NCBI GenBank assembly: GCA_028534125.1
Contig: CM052817.1
Location: 100,380,001 to 100,444,000 of the forward strand
Direction: 5' to 3'
Length of the DNA stretch: 64,000 bases
Source: Lama glama
Lineage: Eukaryota
Part shown: in pieces, positions 1-13,049 of the stretch
Position numbering within the stretch: position 1 is the first letter of the stretch
Layout of the letters: each line of letters opens with the position of its first letter
The notes under the pieces: model-generated
What the model was told of the DNA's origin: nothing
Seen by the model: the letters and a program-made list of their open reading frames with translations, nothing else
Databases searched by the model: none
Program-made: the position numbers and the translations under genes

Positions 1-1389
1 ACAATGAGCACTGGATCATGTCCGGTTAGGTCCTTGTTGCTACAGCACAGTTGTGGCTGTCAGGTTCTAACCAGTTTCTTGCTGGCGCTCATTTAGAAGA
101 AGTAAAGCCCCTTGATGCTGAAGGCAGGCATACCTCCATCTCCTGGACCATCCTCCTTCTCCTCCACCTTATTTGCCTGGTGCCCCCACTTATCTAACTA
201 CCTAACAGGGGCTTCTGGGCAGCCATCTGAAGATGACTCTGTGGGACCTCGAGGTCAACTTAGGAGACAGTTTTTGAACTGTGCTGTGGACTCAAAGGTT
301 TGCATGATTATGGATCATTTTTCAGTCTGTGATCTTTCTGGTGAGACCTGCATCTGCCTTCTGGGCATGATCACACTTGCCTGGGCTTTGTTTGTTCCTG
401 GGCATGAAGTGGGGCAGCCTCTCAGTGGACTCTGCCCCCTGCACTCTGCCTGGCACACGTGGGATGGTCAGCGAAAGTCTGTCAAGCAATGAAAGAATGA
501 CAGTCACTGCAAGAGAGCGTTCACACACTCCCTCCTCGGAAATAAAAAACCAGGAAGTCAACCCCAAGGGTCTCCCTTATCCCAGGCGCATTGGAATCAT
601 CAGCCGGTTGAGTGCCAAGACCCTAGCTTAGAGAGACTGCAACGCCCCAGTAGCGCTGTGAGCTGCAGGAGTGAGCAAGGCTCGGCGTGGGAAGCACACC
701 TTGTTTGTGGCTAAATAAGGTTGACATGGGCAGTAGTACCAGGGTAGCTGGAGGAGAGTCTTATTTGCAGGCCCAAATGCCCCAGACTTTTCTCATAGGC
801 CAGAGAGAGTAACCAGGTGGCCCCTAGTGTCCAGCCAAACCCCAGGAGGCTTGAAATCCAAACACACTGCCCAGGTGATCATTCCTCTTTCAATGTTTTA
901 AACATTGAACTTGAAGCCTTCAATCTGGTGCCTGCTACACATGACAGAGAAGGTCATCCCACCTCGGATACGGTGCACATGTGGAGGGCAACAATTAGGA
1001 AGGAAGGAGAGAGCCGGAAGGAAAAGAGAATTGAATGGAAATTTAATCTGGCCAATATGCAAATCTATTTTCTTCCATGAAGACCCCTGATGGAATAAGG
1101 ACTTCAGTGCAAGCCTTTTCAAGTTGGCTGGTTTCTTTTTAGAGGACAAGCATGCGTTTGATTAGTTGCCCATTAAATCACAGGAAAAGGGCTTGGCTTA
1201 GGGGGCGGGTAGGACAGTTAGAAGCTGGTAAAATGCGAATAGCTTCCCTTCTGAGGCTCACAGCGCTCTTTGGATTCCTTGTTCTCCTGTTGACAAATCC
1301 CAGTGCCAGGAAAACAGTTTTAATTACTGAAATCTACATTGCCTATGGGCTGGATGGATCCCACCAGCACTTGTAAAGCTCCTCTTAGG

Positions 1390-1725
1390 CCGGACCTCGG
1401 GGACACAGCAGCCAGCGCCGTGGAGACCCTTTATCCAAGGCCCTCCCGGTCCAGAGGGGCGCATTGAACATTTAATAAGACAAGCGCGCTCAGCTGTGCG
1501 CAGGGACGACTCTAAGCGCATGTGACGGGCTCCTGACGCGGCCCGGGGACGGGTCGGGGGAGGTGTGACGCAATGCAGACTCCTCATACCTTCCCCCCTT
1601 AGATTTCCCTCAAAGATGTCAGCGCCATAGGCATTCTGCCCTTTCCAGCAAAGTCAGCCACGTGTCCCTCTATTCCGGTTATGCCCGTGGGAAGGAGCCA
1701 ATAGTGACTACTTGACAGGTATGAG
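1390..1725. promoter_or_regulatory. Small CpG-rich promoter/enhancer-like patch
   Basis: 18 CpGs counted in ~1391-1570 against a CpG-poor background; TGACG at 1523 and 1534; TGACGCAAT at 1566-1574; CCAAT at 1698-1702; possible donor CAG|GTATGA at 1718/1719. Confidence 0.5.
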
Positions 1726-1904
1726 GTTTCTCCTCGAGCCGAGGGTGTTACTACATCACGAAATCCCTGCGCACTGTATGTGCTTGATGGTGCGAGTTCC
1801 CTGACATCCCCTCACTTTCCATTTCCTTGCTCCGCTGTCATTGCTGAGTGAGGTGGGATTGCTCTTTGTTCTTCTCGTAAAAACCTGTAAGGTGTCTCGT
1901 GAAA

Positions 1905-2030
1905 TTTCATTCATCGATTCATTCATTCGTCAGTTGGTACCCATCAGAAACTTCCATGTTCCAGACACAGTGTGGGTGCCAGGGATGCACTGAGGGGAAA
2001 GGGAGGTGTGTGTCTGCTTCCTAGGGTTTA
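1905..2030 (-). mobile_element. L2 LINE 3' end fragment (probably continues ~2370-2600)
   Basis: (ttca)n-like tail 'ttcattcatcgattcattcattc' followed by L2-like 'ccagacacagtgtgggtgccagggatgcac'. Confidence 0.65.
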
Positions 2031-2099
2031 TAGCAGCTCTCAACCTCGGCTGTGCACACTGATACCTAAGGAACTTGTTGGCGATTAACACACACACAT

Positions 2100-2334
2100 T
2101 ACTATATTTAAAATAATAAATAACAAGGACCTACTGTATAGCACAGGGAACTATATTCAGTTTCTTATAATAACATATAATGGAAAAGAATCTGAAAAGA
2201 AACTACATATATATGTACCCATATAACTGTGTCACTTTGCTGTACACCTGAAACTAACATTGTCCATCAATTACTACTTCAATAAATTTTTTTATTTTTA
2301 AAAATTAAAAAATAAAAATAAATAAAAATAAAAA
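2100..2334 (+). mobile_element. Young L1 3' end, 5'-truncated, with A-rich tail
   Basis: 'aacaaggacctactgtatagcacagggaactatattcag...tgctgtacacctgaaactaaca' matches the other young L1 3' UTRs in this window; A-rich tail at ~2300-2334. Confidence 0.9.
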
Positions 2335-3289
2335 CGCACATGCTCAGCCTGATCTTGAGAATTTGATAAGAAAAATATATCCCAAACAAGGAGACAGATC
2401 ATCACCCGCACCCAGTGTAGGGGTGATGAGGCCCTGCTATCTAGCAGGGGTTGTGTGAGGGTCCAGCAGCTGATTCCCGAGAGCTGGGTCTGCAGGACTA
2501 GGGGGGTGGGGGTGGAGCCAGCAACATGAGGCACATTGTCCCAACAGAAAGGCTCAGAAATGGAGAGGAACACGAGAAAGACGGCCACCTATGTGAAAAC
2601 TCTGTAGTATTTTTGCCTGATTATTATTCCATTTTGTCTAATTGCATTTTAAAACGCTCAGTGGGGGGAAAAATGCCAAGTCTTCTAATAAATTAAAAGC
2701 AGGGCTGCTTTTTAACCTGTGGCAGGTTTCTGAAAAGTCCTGCTGAGGGCACGCTGCTCAGAGAAACATGGTCTTTGCAGATGAAGGTAATTAGTGAACA
2801 CCTTCACCTCTGGAGTTGGGAGGGAGTATGCGGGACTTGGGTTGCTGGAGTAACCTCTTCCTGATCGGGAGGCAACCAGGCCTCACAAAGGATGCCCAAA
2901 AGATTCAGACACTATTTTCTCTTGCAGCCAATCGGGAGGCAGAGTGTGTTCAGGCACTAAAGCTAGTGGGACCACAGGATGCAGCTTTTCTGGACTCTGA
3001 GACTGAGAGATGGCGTCTGATGTTTCCTCTCTGACAGGCCATGATCAGGGACACTTGGATGGCCAGCGGAGCTGGCTTTGGGGCCAGATTTGGAGCTAGG
3101 CAGCTGTCCCAGTTACCAATCTCCAAAGGGCGCTGAAAGATCATGGGAATCCATCAGAAACGTGGAGCCAGTTAGCTGAGAACTCCACGCATGACTCCTG
3201 ATATAACTGGCAAAATGCAAGCTCTCGTCAAAGTGTGGCTTATCCTGAGTGAAACCTCAAATACACTCTTGAAAGGTGCAGAAAGGTTT

Positions 3290-3520
3290 GGTGCCTTTAG
3301 AGCCTGGAGTTTGGAGACAGCCTGCCTGGGTTCAAATCCTGATTCTGCTACTTACTCACATGTGACTTTAGGCAAGTTACTTCACCTCTCCTGGTTCCTC
3401 TTTCCTCATCTATAAAATGGGGATTGTAATAGTACCAGTTTTGAGGATTAAGTGAGCACACGTGACACACCTAGAACCCAGCCTGGCACACAGCAGTCAC
3501 TATATAAGGATTAGCTATTT
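3290..3520 (+). mobile_element. MIR SINE, near full length
   Basis: 'cctgggttcaaatcctgattctgctacttac...ggcaagttacttcacctctc...tttcctcatctataaaatgggg' MIR core and 'cctggcacacagcag' tail. Confidence 0.92.
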
Positions 3521-4539
3521 CTTATTTTTTGTAACGAGCTTGAGCAAGTTGCCTGATGCTCGTTGAGTCTGGACCTCTCGCTGAGACCAGCCAGCTGACT
3601 GCTTCCACAAGATGCAGCCTCTGCCAGCTGAAACTGTGAAAGTCAGTCCTGCATAAGGGACATTTGTTATGTACAAGCAATTCATTTTACCCTCTTAAAA
3701 ATGTAGACCCCATACTAGGTTTCTAAAGAGATCATCTGATTTAGAAACTACAAAAGAAATCTGAACAAAGCCAAGAATTACTGAAAAGTATTGCCCATAT
3801 GAAATTCCCAGTCTACCAATATTCCCCTCCAAAGAAAAGCAAAAAACTGCTTCTTGAAAATGTTGAACATCTTTGTTACCATATCCCTGGGTGTCTTACT
3901 TCTATCTTAAGTGGACAAGCATCTAAACTCCCTTTAGTTAGACGTGCTGGAGAAATGGAGAAAGAAAAACCATCTCAAATAAGCCAAAATGTAATGCTGT
4001 GTTTCGTGTTTGTAATACATCCCTTACTTTGAGCTGAGAGGCATCTGAATTTTACTAATAAATCATCAGAATTTCTTTATCCCCAGTAATTGAATGTAGG
4101 ACAAAATTTAAGGACACACTTTGGAAGGTGCCAAAGTGTCAACTTGCTGTAGCCTCATCTGTCAGCTGGCTCCCCCTCCCCCTGCCACCCCCAAGCAGAA
4201 CTGGAGGCAGGCCCAAGGCCAGAGCCAGACCAAGAGCAGCTGGGAAAGCTTCCAACCCCAGCTAGGACTTATTTTAACCAGGACCAAGGTGTAGGGTGGA
4301 ATCTCAGCCTCAGACAAGGTGGGATGGAGAACAGTCAAGGCCTCGTTACAGTTCACCCTGAGATATTTCTATTTCCTTTTCAATTACAGTATCATACATT
4401 TGCTTCAGCTCTCCTCTCTACTTGTGGAGATGGATACTTGTGGCTGACGAATCTGCCATGACACTGTTAGCGAGTAGTTAATTCTTCTACTTTATTTCAG
4501 TTTTGTTGGAAAATGCAGGTTAATTTAATTTTTTTTTAC

Positions 4540-5480
4540 TTTGAGGGTGATCCGTGATTATTTTCAAGAATGTGCAAAATCCAGAACCGTATAAGTAAGA
4601 CCAGAAAAATCACCTACAGTCTCACAACCCAGAGGCAAGGATGCTTAATCATTTGGTATATTTCTTTCCAGTCCTTTCTTCCTCCCTAGGAACACGTTTT
4701 TCTTTTCTGAACATATTTATTTATGTACAGAGTTGGGATTGTACCACTTTCTGGTCAGATTCAGCCACTTAACCTCACACTGGGAGCATTTTTCGTTTCT
4801 GCACTGAATCAGTTAGGGTACTCCAGGAAACAGGTTTCCCTCTAACCTCCTGAGGACGAGGGATGGGACCAGGAGGGGTGCTGATCCAGACAGAGTACCT
4901 GGAAGAGGTCCCCTGCTCAGCCTGCAGGGTTGGGGTGGGGGCACGGAACCAGAGAGGAGAGAGTGGGAGAGGGAGGGGAGATGTGCCCAACACCGTCTTA
5001 AGTAGAGAAGCAGACCGGGGGTCAAAAACCTGCCTGCTCACTCCTCCTGCTGTGTCTCCACCCCCGCTGCCCCCAACCAGGACAAACCCAGAGGGAGGTC
5101 AAGGGCAGGAATCCTGAGTGATGCAGAGTAATCTGGAGGGTGAAAGGAAAACATCCATGATTCGCATCATCATATCTGCTCTAAGTACATTTTTGAAAAC
5201 GGCTGCCTGGTATTCCTCTGTAAGAAAGTATCATAAATTATTTAACACAGTCCCTATGGATCCTCTCTGACTTTTTTTTTTTTACCGTTATAACTAGCAC
5301 TGCAGTAAACATCCTTATACATACACTTTTTTTGGCTGCGTCTCTGATTATTTTCTCAGGATAAACTCCCAGGGGGGGGAATTACTGAGTCTGGGGAAAT
5401 CTACATGTTTAAGGCTTTTGATATATACTGCCAAATAGCCTCCCTAAGGCTATTACACCAATTTAAGTGCCCACATCCAA
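4540..5480 (-). mobile_element. Old L1 (L1ME-like) 3' fragments, interrupted at ~4780-5150
   Basis: 'ctcacaacccagagg...atttggtatatttctttccagtc' and 'gcactgcagtaaacatcctt...ggataaactccc...gatatatactgccaaatagcc' resemble the L1ME antisense 3' region. Confidence 0.65.
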
Positions 5481-6396
5481 TGCATATAGAGTCCTAATTT
5501 GGGGAGAACCTGCTAATTAATCTATGAGGTGGTGTCTAAAAGCACTGCCTCGGCCTGGAGACATGGTAAGAGCTGCCTGGGTTGGAGGAGACCCTGGGAG
5601 AGAGAAGCAGCCCCACCGCGCCTGCCCTGGAGACCATGACTGTGAAAGGTCACACCTCTTGAGCAATGAAAACTGACCTGTTGTCAAGATAGGAGGAAGC
5701 ATCTGAGTCAGTTCACTTGAGGGTCAACGGGGCATCTAACAAAGGGAAGGGAGGTGATGGCCGCTGCCTTGGAGTTTTGTTTCGTTTGACCTTATTTTCC
5801 TCTAGCCAGATGCATGGTAAACAACAGTGGATGGTGATCGAAGGCTCTGTGTGGGGTTATCTCTTTGGGGAATAGTTCCACCAGGCCAAGAGAAGGTCAC
5901 AGGCAGGACCGGGTTGCAAATGAGACGCCAGGGCCATTAGGACCTGAGGGCGAGAGAAGGAGGCTGAGGGGGAGGAGAGTGAACCCAGAGCTGGGGCTGT
6001 GAACCTATGAAGCTCCTCTCCCAGAATTACAGCCCCAATCTGCGTCCCTAATTTAATGAACGGGGCAAAAAGAAAGGACACGGGGAAGCAGGCAGGCCCC
6101 CCACTGTAGAAGCTCTGTGCTGGGTTCTGGTTTTCTTCTTTTAAGGGAATTAACAAGAGCCTGAGGGACTACACACCACCCTCCCCTTCAAGCATCTCAG
6201 GAAGGGGTTTGATGTTCTAGGTAAACAATATGCCGATAGTATTGTGAATGACGCTGCCTGTATTCCTTGACAGGTAAATAACATGAATATTTGATGGGGT
6301 GACTTATAAATTCAGTACAAAGAAACATTAGGTCAATTCCAAGGGGGCACAGACATATAGGTTTATAGTTTATTATCAATTGGGAAGAGTGGTAAA

Positions 6397-6530
6397 ATTA
6401 ATAATAGCCAACGAGCGCATTCTGTGGCCATAGTGCTAAGGACCTCACAGACAACAAGTCATTTAATCCTCCGACATCCGGAGCTGACTAAGGTGACTTG
6501 CCCGTCCCAGCCAGGTGACCTCGCCCTAGA
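6397..6530 (-). mobile_element. MIR fragment
   Basis: 'aataatagccaac...gtgctaagg...tcatttaatcctc...aaggtgacttgccc'. Confidence 0.6.
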
Positions 6531-6634
6531 CTCACTCCTGACTGTCTCTTCTGATCCGCCTGCTCCCACTCCCCGTGGGAGGCACACTGGGAAGGGCTGC
6601 GGTCAGACCGACTGCCAGTCAAACACTCCCTCCT

Positions 6635-7030
6635 TCTCTCATTCACTAACAAATATTTATGAGCCTCCAAATGTTCCTGAAACAGTGGGCACAGCAGTGA
6701 CTAAAACAGACAGAATCCCAGCTCTCAGGAAGCTATGACACATTTTCTTTTGGCCTCTGGCTCTTTGTACTTGGAGTTCCCTTGACTAGAAGGCTTTTCT
6801 CCTGGGCATCCCACACGGCAGCTCTCTCACTGCATTCAGACCTCTGCTGGGCACTGCCTCCTCCAAGCAGCCTTCCCTGACCACACCAACTGAAACAGAG
6901 CCCATTCAACCTTCTGCTTCTCGTGGTACTTTATTTTTCTCTTCTCACTGTCTGATATACATACATAGGTGTGTATTTATGGATAAACATTTGTTTACTT
7001 GTTTATTCTCTCCTACTAAAAGGGTAACAC
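6635..7030. mobile_element. Two adjacent L2 fragments (minus ~6635-6737, plus ~6745-7030)
   Basis: 'cattcactaacaaatatttatgagc...acagcagtgactaaaacagacagaatcccagctctcagg' (antisense tail); 'gcctcctccaagcagccttccctgaccac' (sense). Confidence 0.75.
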
Positions 7031-7709
7031 TCTGAGTTCCTGGCAGGAGGAGTGTTTCCCTCTCAGGTCCAGTGGAGTCCATTTCCGGGGTTCTGACTAT
7101 CTCTTAGCTGTTCCAATTTGTGCCAAGGTTTTTGATTTCAAGCAACAGAAATTGAGTCTGACTAACTCGGGTGAAAAGCCAATTCACTGGGAGACAGAAA
7201 GGCTAGAGGGCCGAGACAAGCCCATGAAACCTACAGAGAGCATGGGTGGCCGGGAAATTGGAACCAGAGCCAGGGTCATGATGGGAAGAGGCTGGGACAC
7301 TGAGATTAGGTGTCACTCCCCTGGACACTCGATGCTGCCACCTCTAGGCTTTCAGTAACTGCCAATAATTTATAAGCTGTACCTGTTTCTTTCTGCCTCT
7401 CCTGCAAGATTCAGTCTCCTGTGACTGACTGAGCCTGAGTCATCGGCTCAGCTCTGCTTCGCCTCACCCCAGCACTGGCTTTCATAGAGGGAGGTGGTAC
7501 CTTGAGACCCTCTAAGATACACACGTGGGAGAATTCCTCCAGATTGAAAGAGGCACTGGCTGTGGCAAGGCAGCCACTGTCCCTAAAGAGCTGCAGCGTG
7601 GGCCCGTGGAAGTGGCCTCATTCCCAGAATGGTGATGGAGATTCTCCAGCCTCCCCTGGGAACAAGCGAGTTATCCACGTGCCCCAAATCTGGACTCTGG
7701 AAGCTTCTC

Positions 7710-7742
7710 CTGGTCAGAGCTGGTCAGAGCTGGTCAGAGCTG
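7710..7742 (+). repeat. 10-bp tandem repeat (CTGGTCAGAG)x3
   Basis: Three perfect copies read directly. Confidence 0.95.
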
Positions 7743-8429
7743 TGTTTTTAAACCACACACAGGCAGATCTAGCAGCATCTTGGAGGCTGGGCCGACCCGG
7801 GGGTTGGGGAGGGCCATCTGGGGCAGTGGGGCTGGGCTGGTCCAAGGAGACATTCCCGTGGCAGGTGGGCGAGTTCCTGCCCTCTCCAAGCCAGGATGAT
7901 CAGGCCTCCCTAGGGCACCATCGCATCACCTCTGAGGAGTTTTCTCTTTGGCAGCCTCTCCTGAGGAAAAATCTATGAACCTCAAGTCTGTCTTCAGAAA
8001 AAAAGACTATTTTTTCTCCTGAGGAACAGAAACGGGCCTCTGGAAACTGACACACCTTTTTGCTTATTCTTCGTGCACCTCTACTGGGGTCCCGGAAAAC
8101 AATGTTTCCTTGTCACCCCAGGCTGGTCCCTAGAAGCAGGCTCAGGAACAGTCTGGAAGCCGCCAAGTTCACGCTCGACCCTCTGGGTAAGCCGGGCTGG
8201 GCCCTGTTGGAGGAGGGCCTGGTTTCGGATGGAGGATGCTTCCAGACGCGCAACCAACCCGCTGCTCCGCTCCGCCAGAAAGCACACACAGCGGGGTTTC
8301 TGATTTCAGAGGGAAGTCATATTACAAACACCCACAGAGATCTCAGCACTGGGCTCCTCCGGAGTCCATCTCCTGGATCCCAGACAGGAGGCCCTTTCCC
8401 CATCCCCAAACGAGGTGCTCCGTCCTGTT

Positions 8430-9660
8430 TTTAAAAGCTCTCCAGGAAATACACTTGTGCCTACACTTCCTCACCACCCACTCACCCTTCACCGGTTTCT
8501 GATCTGCCTTCCGCCCCACCTCCCTCTTCTCCCGATGGAGCCTCAGGGAGGACCCGGGAACCTCCTCCTCGGTAGCCTTGACCCAGTCCTGATCCTTGGC
8601 AGGTTCATTATTTGACAGGAAATCTCTTGGCTTCTGGGACAGGAACCTCTCCTCATTTCCCATCTTCTTTATGTGCCCACATCCCCAGGGATCTGAGCTT
8701 AGCTACCTCTCCTCCTCTGGGGCCTCACCCGGCACCTCCACGCAGATGGTCCTCGCATCCAGTCTCTCCTGTCAACACCTGCAATGATGCCATCTCCCTG
8801 ACAGACGTCTCGACCCTGTCGCCTCCCCTGAATGTCGAAGTATCCCAGACTGAACTGGTCATTTGCTGCTCGAAATCTGTTCCTCCATCAGTACCCCCCT
8901 CTCAATGACACCCCTCCAGAATCTACTCTTCAATCTCAGTGTCACTTGTCACTGAGACAAGTGGCCTCACCTCCCAAATCCAACCAGTTGTCAGATTTCT
9001 CTTTGCCATGTCTCTTTCCAGAACCAACCAGTGCTTATTTTTGCCTCCTTTCCAAACTTCCTCCATGATCCATTTCTACCCTCTCCCCACAATCTACATT
9101 TTGTGCATCTTCAAGGGTACTCTTCTTAAAGTGCAATCAAGAAGGCAGAATCTTATCACCCCCCTGCTCTAAAACCTTCCATGGCTCCCACTGCTGTTGC
9201 TGTATTTCTGTCTAACTCCTCAGCCGGGCATGACACGCTTCATAATTCAAGGCTGTCCAGAGCCACTTCTCATCACTTTCCCTTTAGCATACATTTTTGC
9301 TCTTTAACTCGATTTCCCGCTCATCTCTGAATACTTTGTGTCTTCTTATTGCTGGGCTTCTGTTCAAGCTGGACCTTTCCTTTTATTTGCATTCATCAAA
9401 ATCCTACCTTTCCTTCCAGGCTCATCTCAAATGCCACTTCTTCTTTGAAGCCTCCCTGGGTTTCTCCGGCCAGAAGAGTTTTCCCTTCCTTGTGCTTCTT
9501 GGGTTCACTGTGTGTCTCTCACCACCCTCATCACACATGCCCTCACGTCACAGCATCTTGAGTACGTGCTTCATTACCCCCACTAATGCCCCTCGAGGGG
9601 GTGGCTTTTGTCCTATCAGAAGAGCAATTTGCTCACCGTTGGTATTTGTGGAATTAAATC
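8430..9660 (+). mobile_element. L2 LINE (degenerate RT region to 3' end)
   Basis: 'cacttcctcaccacccactca...tctgccttccgccccacc', 'ccagactgaactggtcat', 'cccctgctctaaaaccttccatggctcccactgc', 'ctcaaatgccacttcttctttgaagcctccctgg'. Confidence 0.8.
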
Positions 9661-10297
9661 ATCAGGCTAGATAACCATACACTTGTTGACTTTTCACTGT
9701 TTGAAAATACATGTCCAAAGTAGATTAGCACAGGGTCTACATCAAAGGCAGGAGTATGGAAATACGTTCTGCTCACATCCATGAGGGCAAATCAAAAAAA
9801 GCAGATCAAAACCTGGTTCTGAAGTGACTGGGACCATTGCTGGACAGACTTTAATTAATCTTATGGAAAATATTCAAAGGACTCAACAAGACTGGGAAAG
9901 GAGGAGGGGGCAGGGGAGAGGGAGCCAGAGCCACTGCTGTCAAGAAACACTTTCTTCCTGTCACCGTGTCCCCCAGGGCCGGGCCTGTGCTTCTGCTTAA
10001 TCTCCCTCTCTGTGGTCACTCAGGATATGATTACTGGCATCAGATGCAAGCACATGTTTCTGTTCCATTAATCTGAGAGAGGCTGAGAGCTGGAAAGGGA
10101 GCCACAAGGGCATTACTGTGTTGGTTAGTTACCACCTCAAAGAGGAGCACAGAGGGCGAGAGCAAGAATCCGGCAGATGGGCCAGGACGGAGGCCTGTCG
10201 GAAGCGAAGGGAGATAAGAAAACCACGCAGGGAACAAGTTCCTGTAGCCGGGAGCCCTATCCCTTTCAGCTGTTACACCATGGGGCCTGGAGGAGGA

Positions 10298-10444
10298 ACA
10301 TACACTCACATACACGCATGCACACATGTGTGCACACACACATGCGCACACACTAATACACATGCACGTGCACACATATGCATGCACATACATGCACACA
10401 CATGCATGCAATACATGCACATGCACATGCACACACACAGACAC
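10298..10444 (+). repeat. Degenerate (CA/TG) alternating purine-pyrimidine microsatellite
   Basis: 'catacactcacatacacgcatgcacacatgtgtgcacacacac...' read directly. Confidence 0.95.
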
Positions 10445-12046
10445 CCCCAAAGCAAGTGACAGGCGCAGAGCTTCTGCACCTTAAGAGTTCTGGCGATCTG
10501 CCTGACACTCCTCGGTGAGCACTGTTGCTCAGGGTGCATGGGAACCCATAAATCTGTCGCACACACGGTAACAGCCTAAGTGGGAGCTACAGCACAGTGA
10601 TGAAGACGTGAACAGCTGAAACACCATGTCAGATGGCAGTGGTGACATCTGAAAGCCATAATTTGCAGCTCAGCATATTTTGTTCCAGGTACCAGAGCCG
10701 GCACAAATGCTCACCGGCTTGTCTTCGCCACGCAGCATCTCCGCCCGGCTTGGCCGGGGGCCAGGTGATCTTTGCCTTGCCAGCAGGTTTCTGCTGGAGA
10801 AAGCTCGGCAAGTTTTGCCCTGTCATCTGACCGGGAAGTGGAGGACCAGAGAGGCTTTAAACACACACCTATTCCTGCAGTGTGCATTCTTCAAGGACCC
10901 CTTCCCTTCTGTCTCATCAAGCTGTCCCGGCCAGACTTTTTGAAGGGTGGCTGGAAAGGGCCAAAGTATTTTAGCCAGGTCAAGGCTTAGGGGCAGTTGG
11001 AAGGATTATCCATTATAGAGACAGAAGCACCAATTCAGGTCTTCAGCTGTGACTCTCCCTTCTTTTCATCTGCAACGGCTCCATCTCTCTTGCCCTCCTC
11101 ATTGCCACCCTCCCAGAACCTCGGCAGCGCCAGTACGCAGTTTCTCAAGGGATAGGCCTTCAAATTGCAAGTCCCGCTTTCAGTTCTAGCTAGTTACCTG
11201 GCAGATAAATGGAATCAGCGCATGAGGAAAGGTTTATAAATGCAAAGGAAAGGGGGCTTTGGGGAGCAGGCAAGATTATGCTTAACCCCGAGGAAGCAGG
11301 GAAACTCAGTGTTGTGGGCAGACCGGCCTTTCCACTGCTCTACTCCCCCCTGCTCGCCCCCGCTCAGCAGCCCGTGTGCATCTGTTGCCCACGCTCTGAT
11401 GGCCTTCCTGCCAGGCCCTGCAGAGTGGGCGGAGAGGATAAAGTGACTGTTAACAACAGGGGTCTTAACTCCTGGCCTGGGTCCCTGAAAGCTCAGGCTG
11501 CAAAACAGTTTACGATGATCAAAACACACTTCTGGCAGCTTTGGGGCCCTTTCTCTTGCATTGAAAGTTTGCGTCAGGGATGCTGCTCTGAATCCCTCGT
11601 ACCCAGGGTACCACGGGAGCAGGTGCGGAGGGAACTCAGCTCCCACCCGGCGCTGGTCAGAAGGCAACTTGCAGGCATTAGTGAGGGGAGCAGGGCTGGG
11701 CCCAGAACCCTGCCCACCCCAGAGAAGCCCGTCCAGTGTCTGCTCCGCAGAGACGTTACCTGACCCTGAGCCCTTTGGATCCTAAACATTTTCCCACACA
11801 GAAAACAGCACACAGTCTTCATCAGCTGTAGCCATGAGATTACTTGGGGAACTAGTCTGATTTTTCACTTTCCACTATAAACATTTTAGATTTCTTTTAG
11901 ATTTACATTTTATTGGGAAATAATTTTTTTTTGGGGGGGATAATTTATACATAGGGAATTCATCTTTTTTTTTTAATGGCCCGCTCTGTCAGTTTTGACA
12001 AATGCATTGGGCTGTGTAACTGTCACCGCAATCAAGATAGAAAATG

Positions 12047-12137
12047 GGGAGAGTATAATAAAGAGCTCAGTCGCAGCACACATGCTTAGCATGCGCAAGG
12101 TCCTGGGTTCAATCCCCAGTACCTCCTCTTAAAAAAA
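12047..12137 (+). mobile_element. tRNA-Ala-derived SINE (camelid vic-1 type), short form, nested in the old L1
   Basis: 'ggggagagtata..agctcagtcgcag...catgcttagcatgcgcaaggtcctgggttcaatccccagtacctcc' with B-box and A tail; perfect 13-bp TSD aagatagaaaatg at 12034-12046 and 12138-12150. Confidence 0.9.
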
Positions 12138-12919
12138 AAGATAGAAAATGTTCCCATCATCCCACAAAGTTCCCGCAGCCCCTTTTCTAGTCAACTCTGA
12201 TGGGTCAGCCCTGGCTCCTGACCACTGATCTGGTATATCTCCATAGTTTTGCCTTTTCCAGAATGTCATGGAGTTGGAATCACATAGTATGTAGCCTTTT
12301 GAATCTTCTTTCACTTAGCAGAATCCACTTCAGATAAATAAGAGCTGCACACATCCGCAGCTTGTTCCTTTGTATTGCTGGGAAGTATTCCAGTGTGTGA
12401 ACGTACCACGGTTTATTTAGCTATTAAATAAATGTTGAAGGACATTGGGTTATTTCTAATTTTTTGGTGATTGTTAATGAAGCTGCTATAAACATCCAAA
12501 TGCTGATTTTTGTGTGACCTCGGGTTTTTATTTTTCTCTGATTAATTCCTAGGAGTGAGATTGTTGGGCCCTGTATTAAGTATATGTTCAACGTGACAGA
12601 AGCACCAAACTATTTTCCAAAATGTCTGTACCATTTCACTCCTGCGAGCTGTGTGGAGAATTCCAGCTATTCCACAGCTTAACAGCACTTATCATTTTCA
12701 GATTTTCTTTTCTTTCAGCCGTTCTAATAGATATCCAATAGATAGTTGTAGCTTACTATGATTTTAATTTGCATTTCCATGATTACAAACAATATTGTGT
12801 ATCTTTTTACATGCTTATTGGCCATCAAATAGCTTCTTTGGTGACATGTCCATTAAAATTTTTGCTCACATTTTATGAAGTTGTTTGTGTTCCTGCAATT
12901 GTGAGAATTCTGTATATTC

Positions 12920-13049
12920 CTTTTTTGATTGAGATATAATTGACATATAACATTATATTAGTTTCAGGTGCACAATGTAATGATCTGATATATGTATATA
13001 ACGTGAAACAGTAACTGCAAGAAGTCTAGTTGACATCTATGTTCTAACA
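12920..13049 (-). mobile_element. Short L1 3' end nested in the old L1
   Basis: 'ttttttgattgagatataattgacatataacattatattagtttcaggtg'; TSD tctgtatattc (12909-12919) / tctgcatattc (13050-13060). Confidence 0.8.

Noticed and set aside
10040..10566. Cys/His/Val-rich ORFs as metal-binding proteins
   Set aside because: They are translations of a CA/TG microsatellite.
12047..12127. tRNA-Ala gene (also 63605-63680 on the minus strand)
   Set aside because: The cloverleaf is degenerate, and the A-rich tail and TSDs show these are tRNA-derived SINEs.
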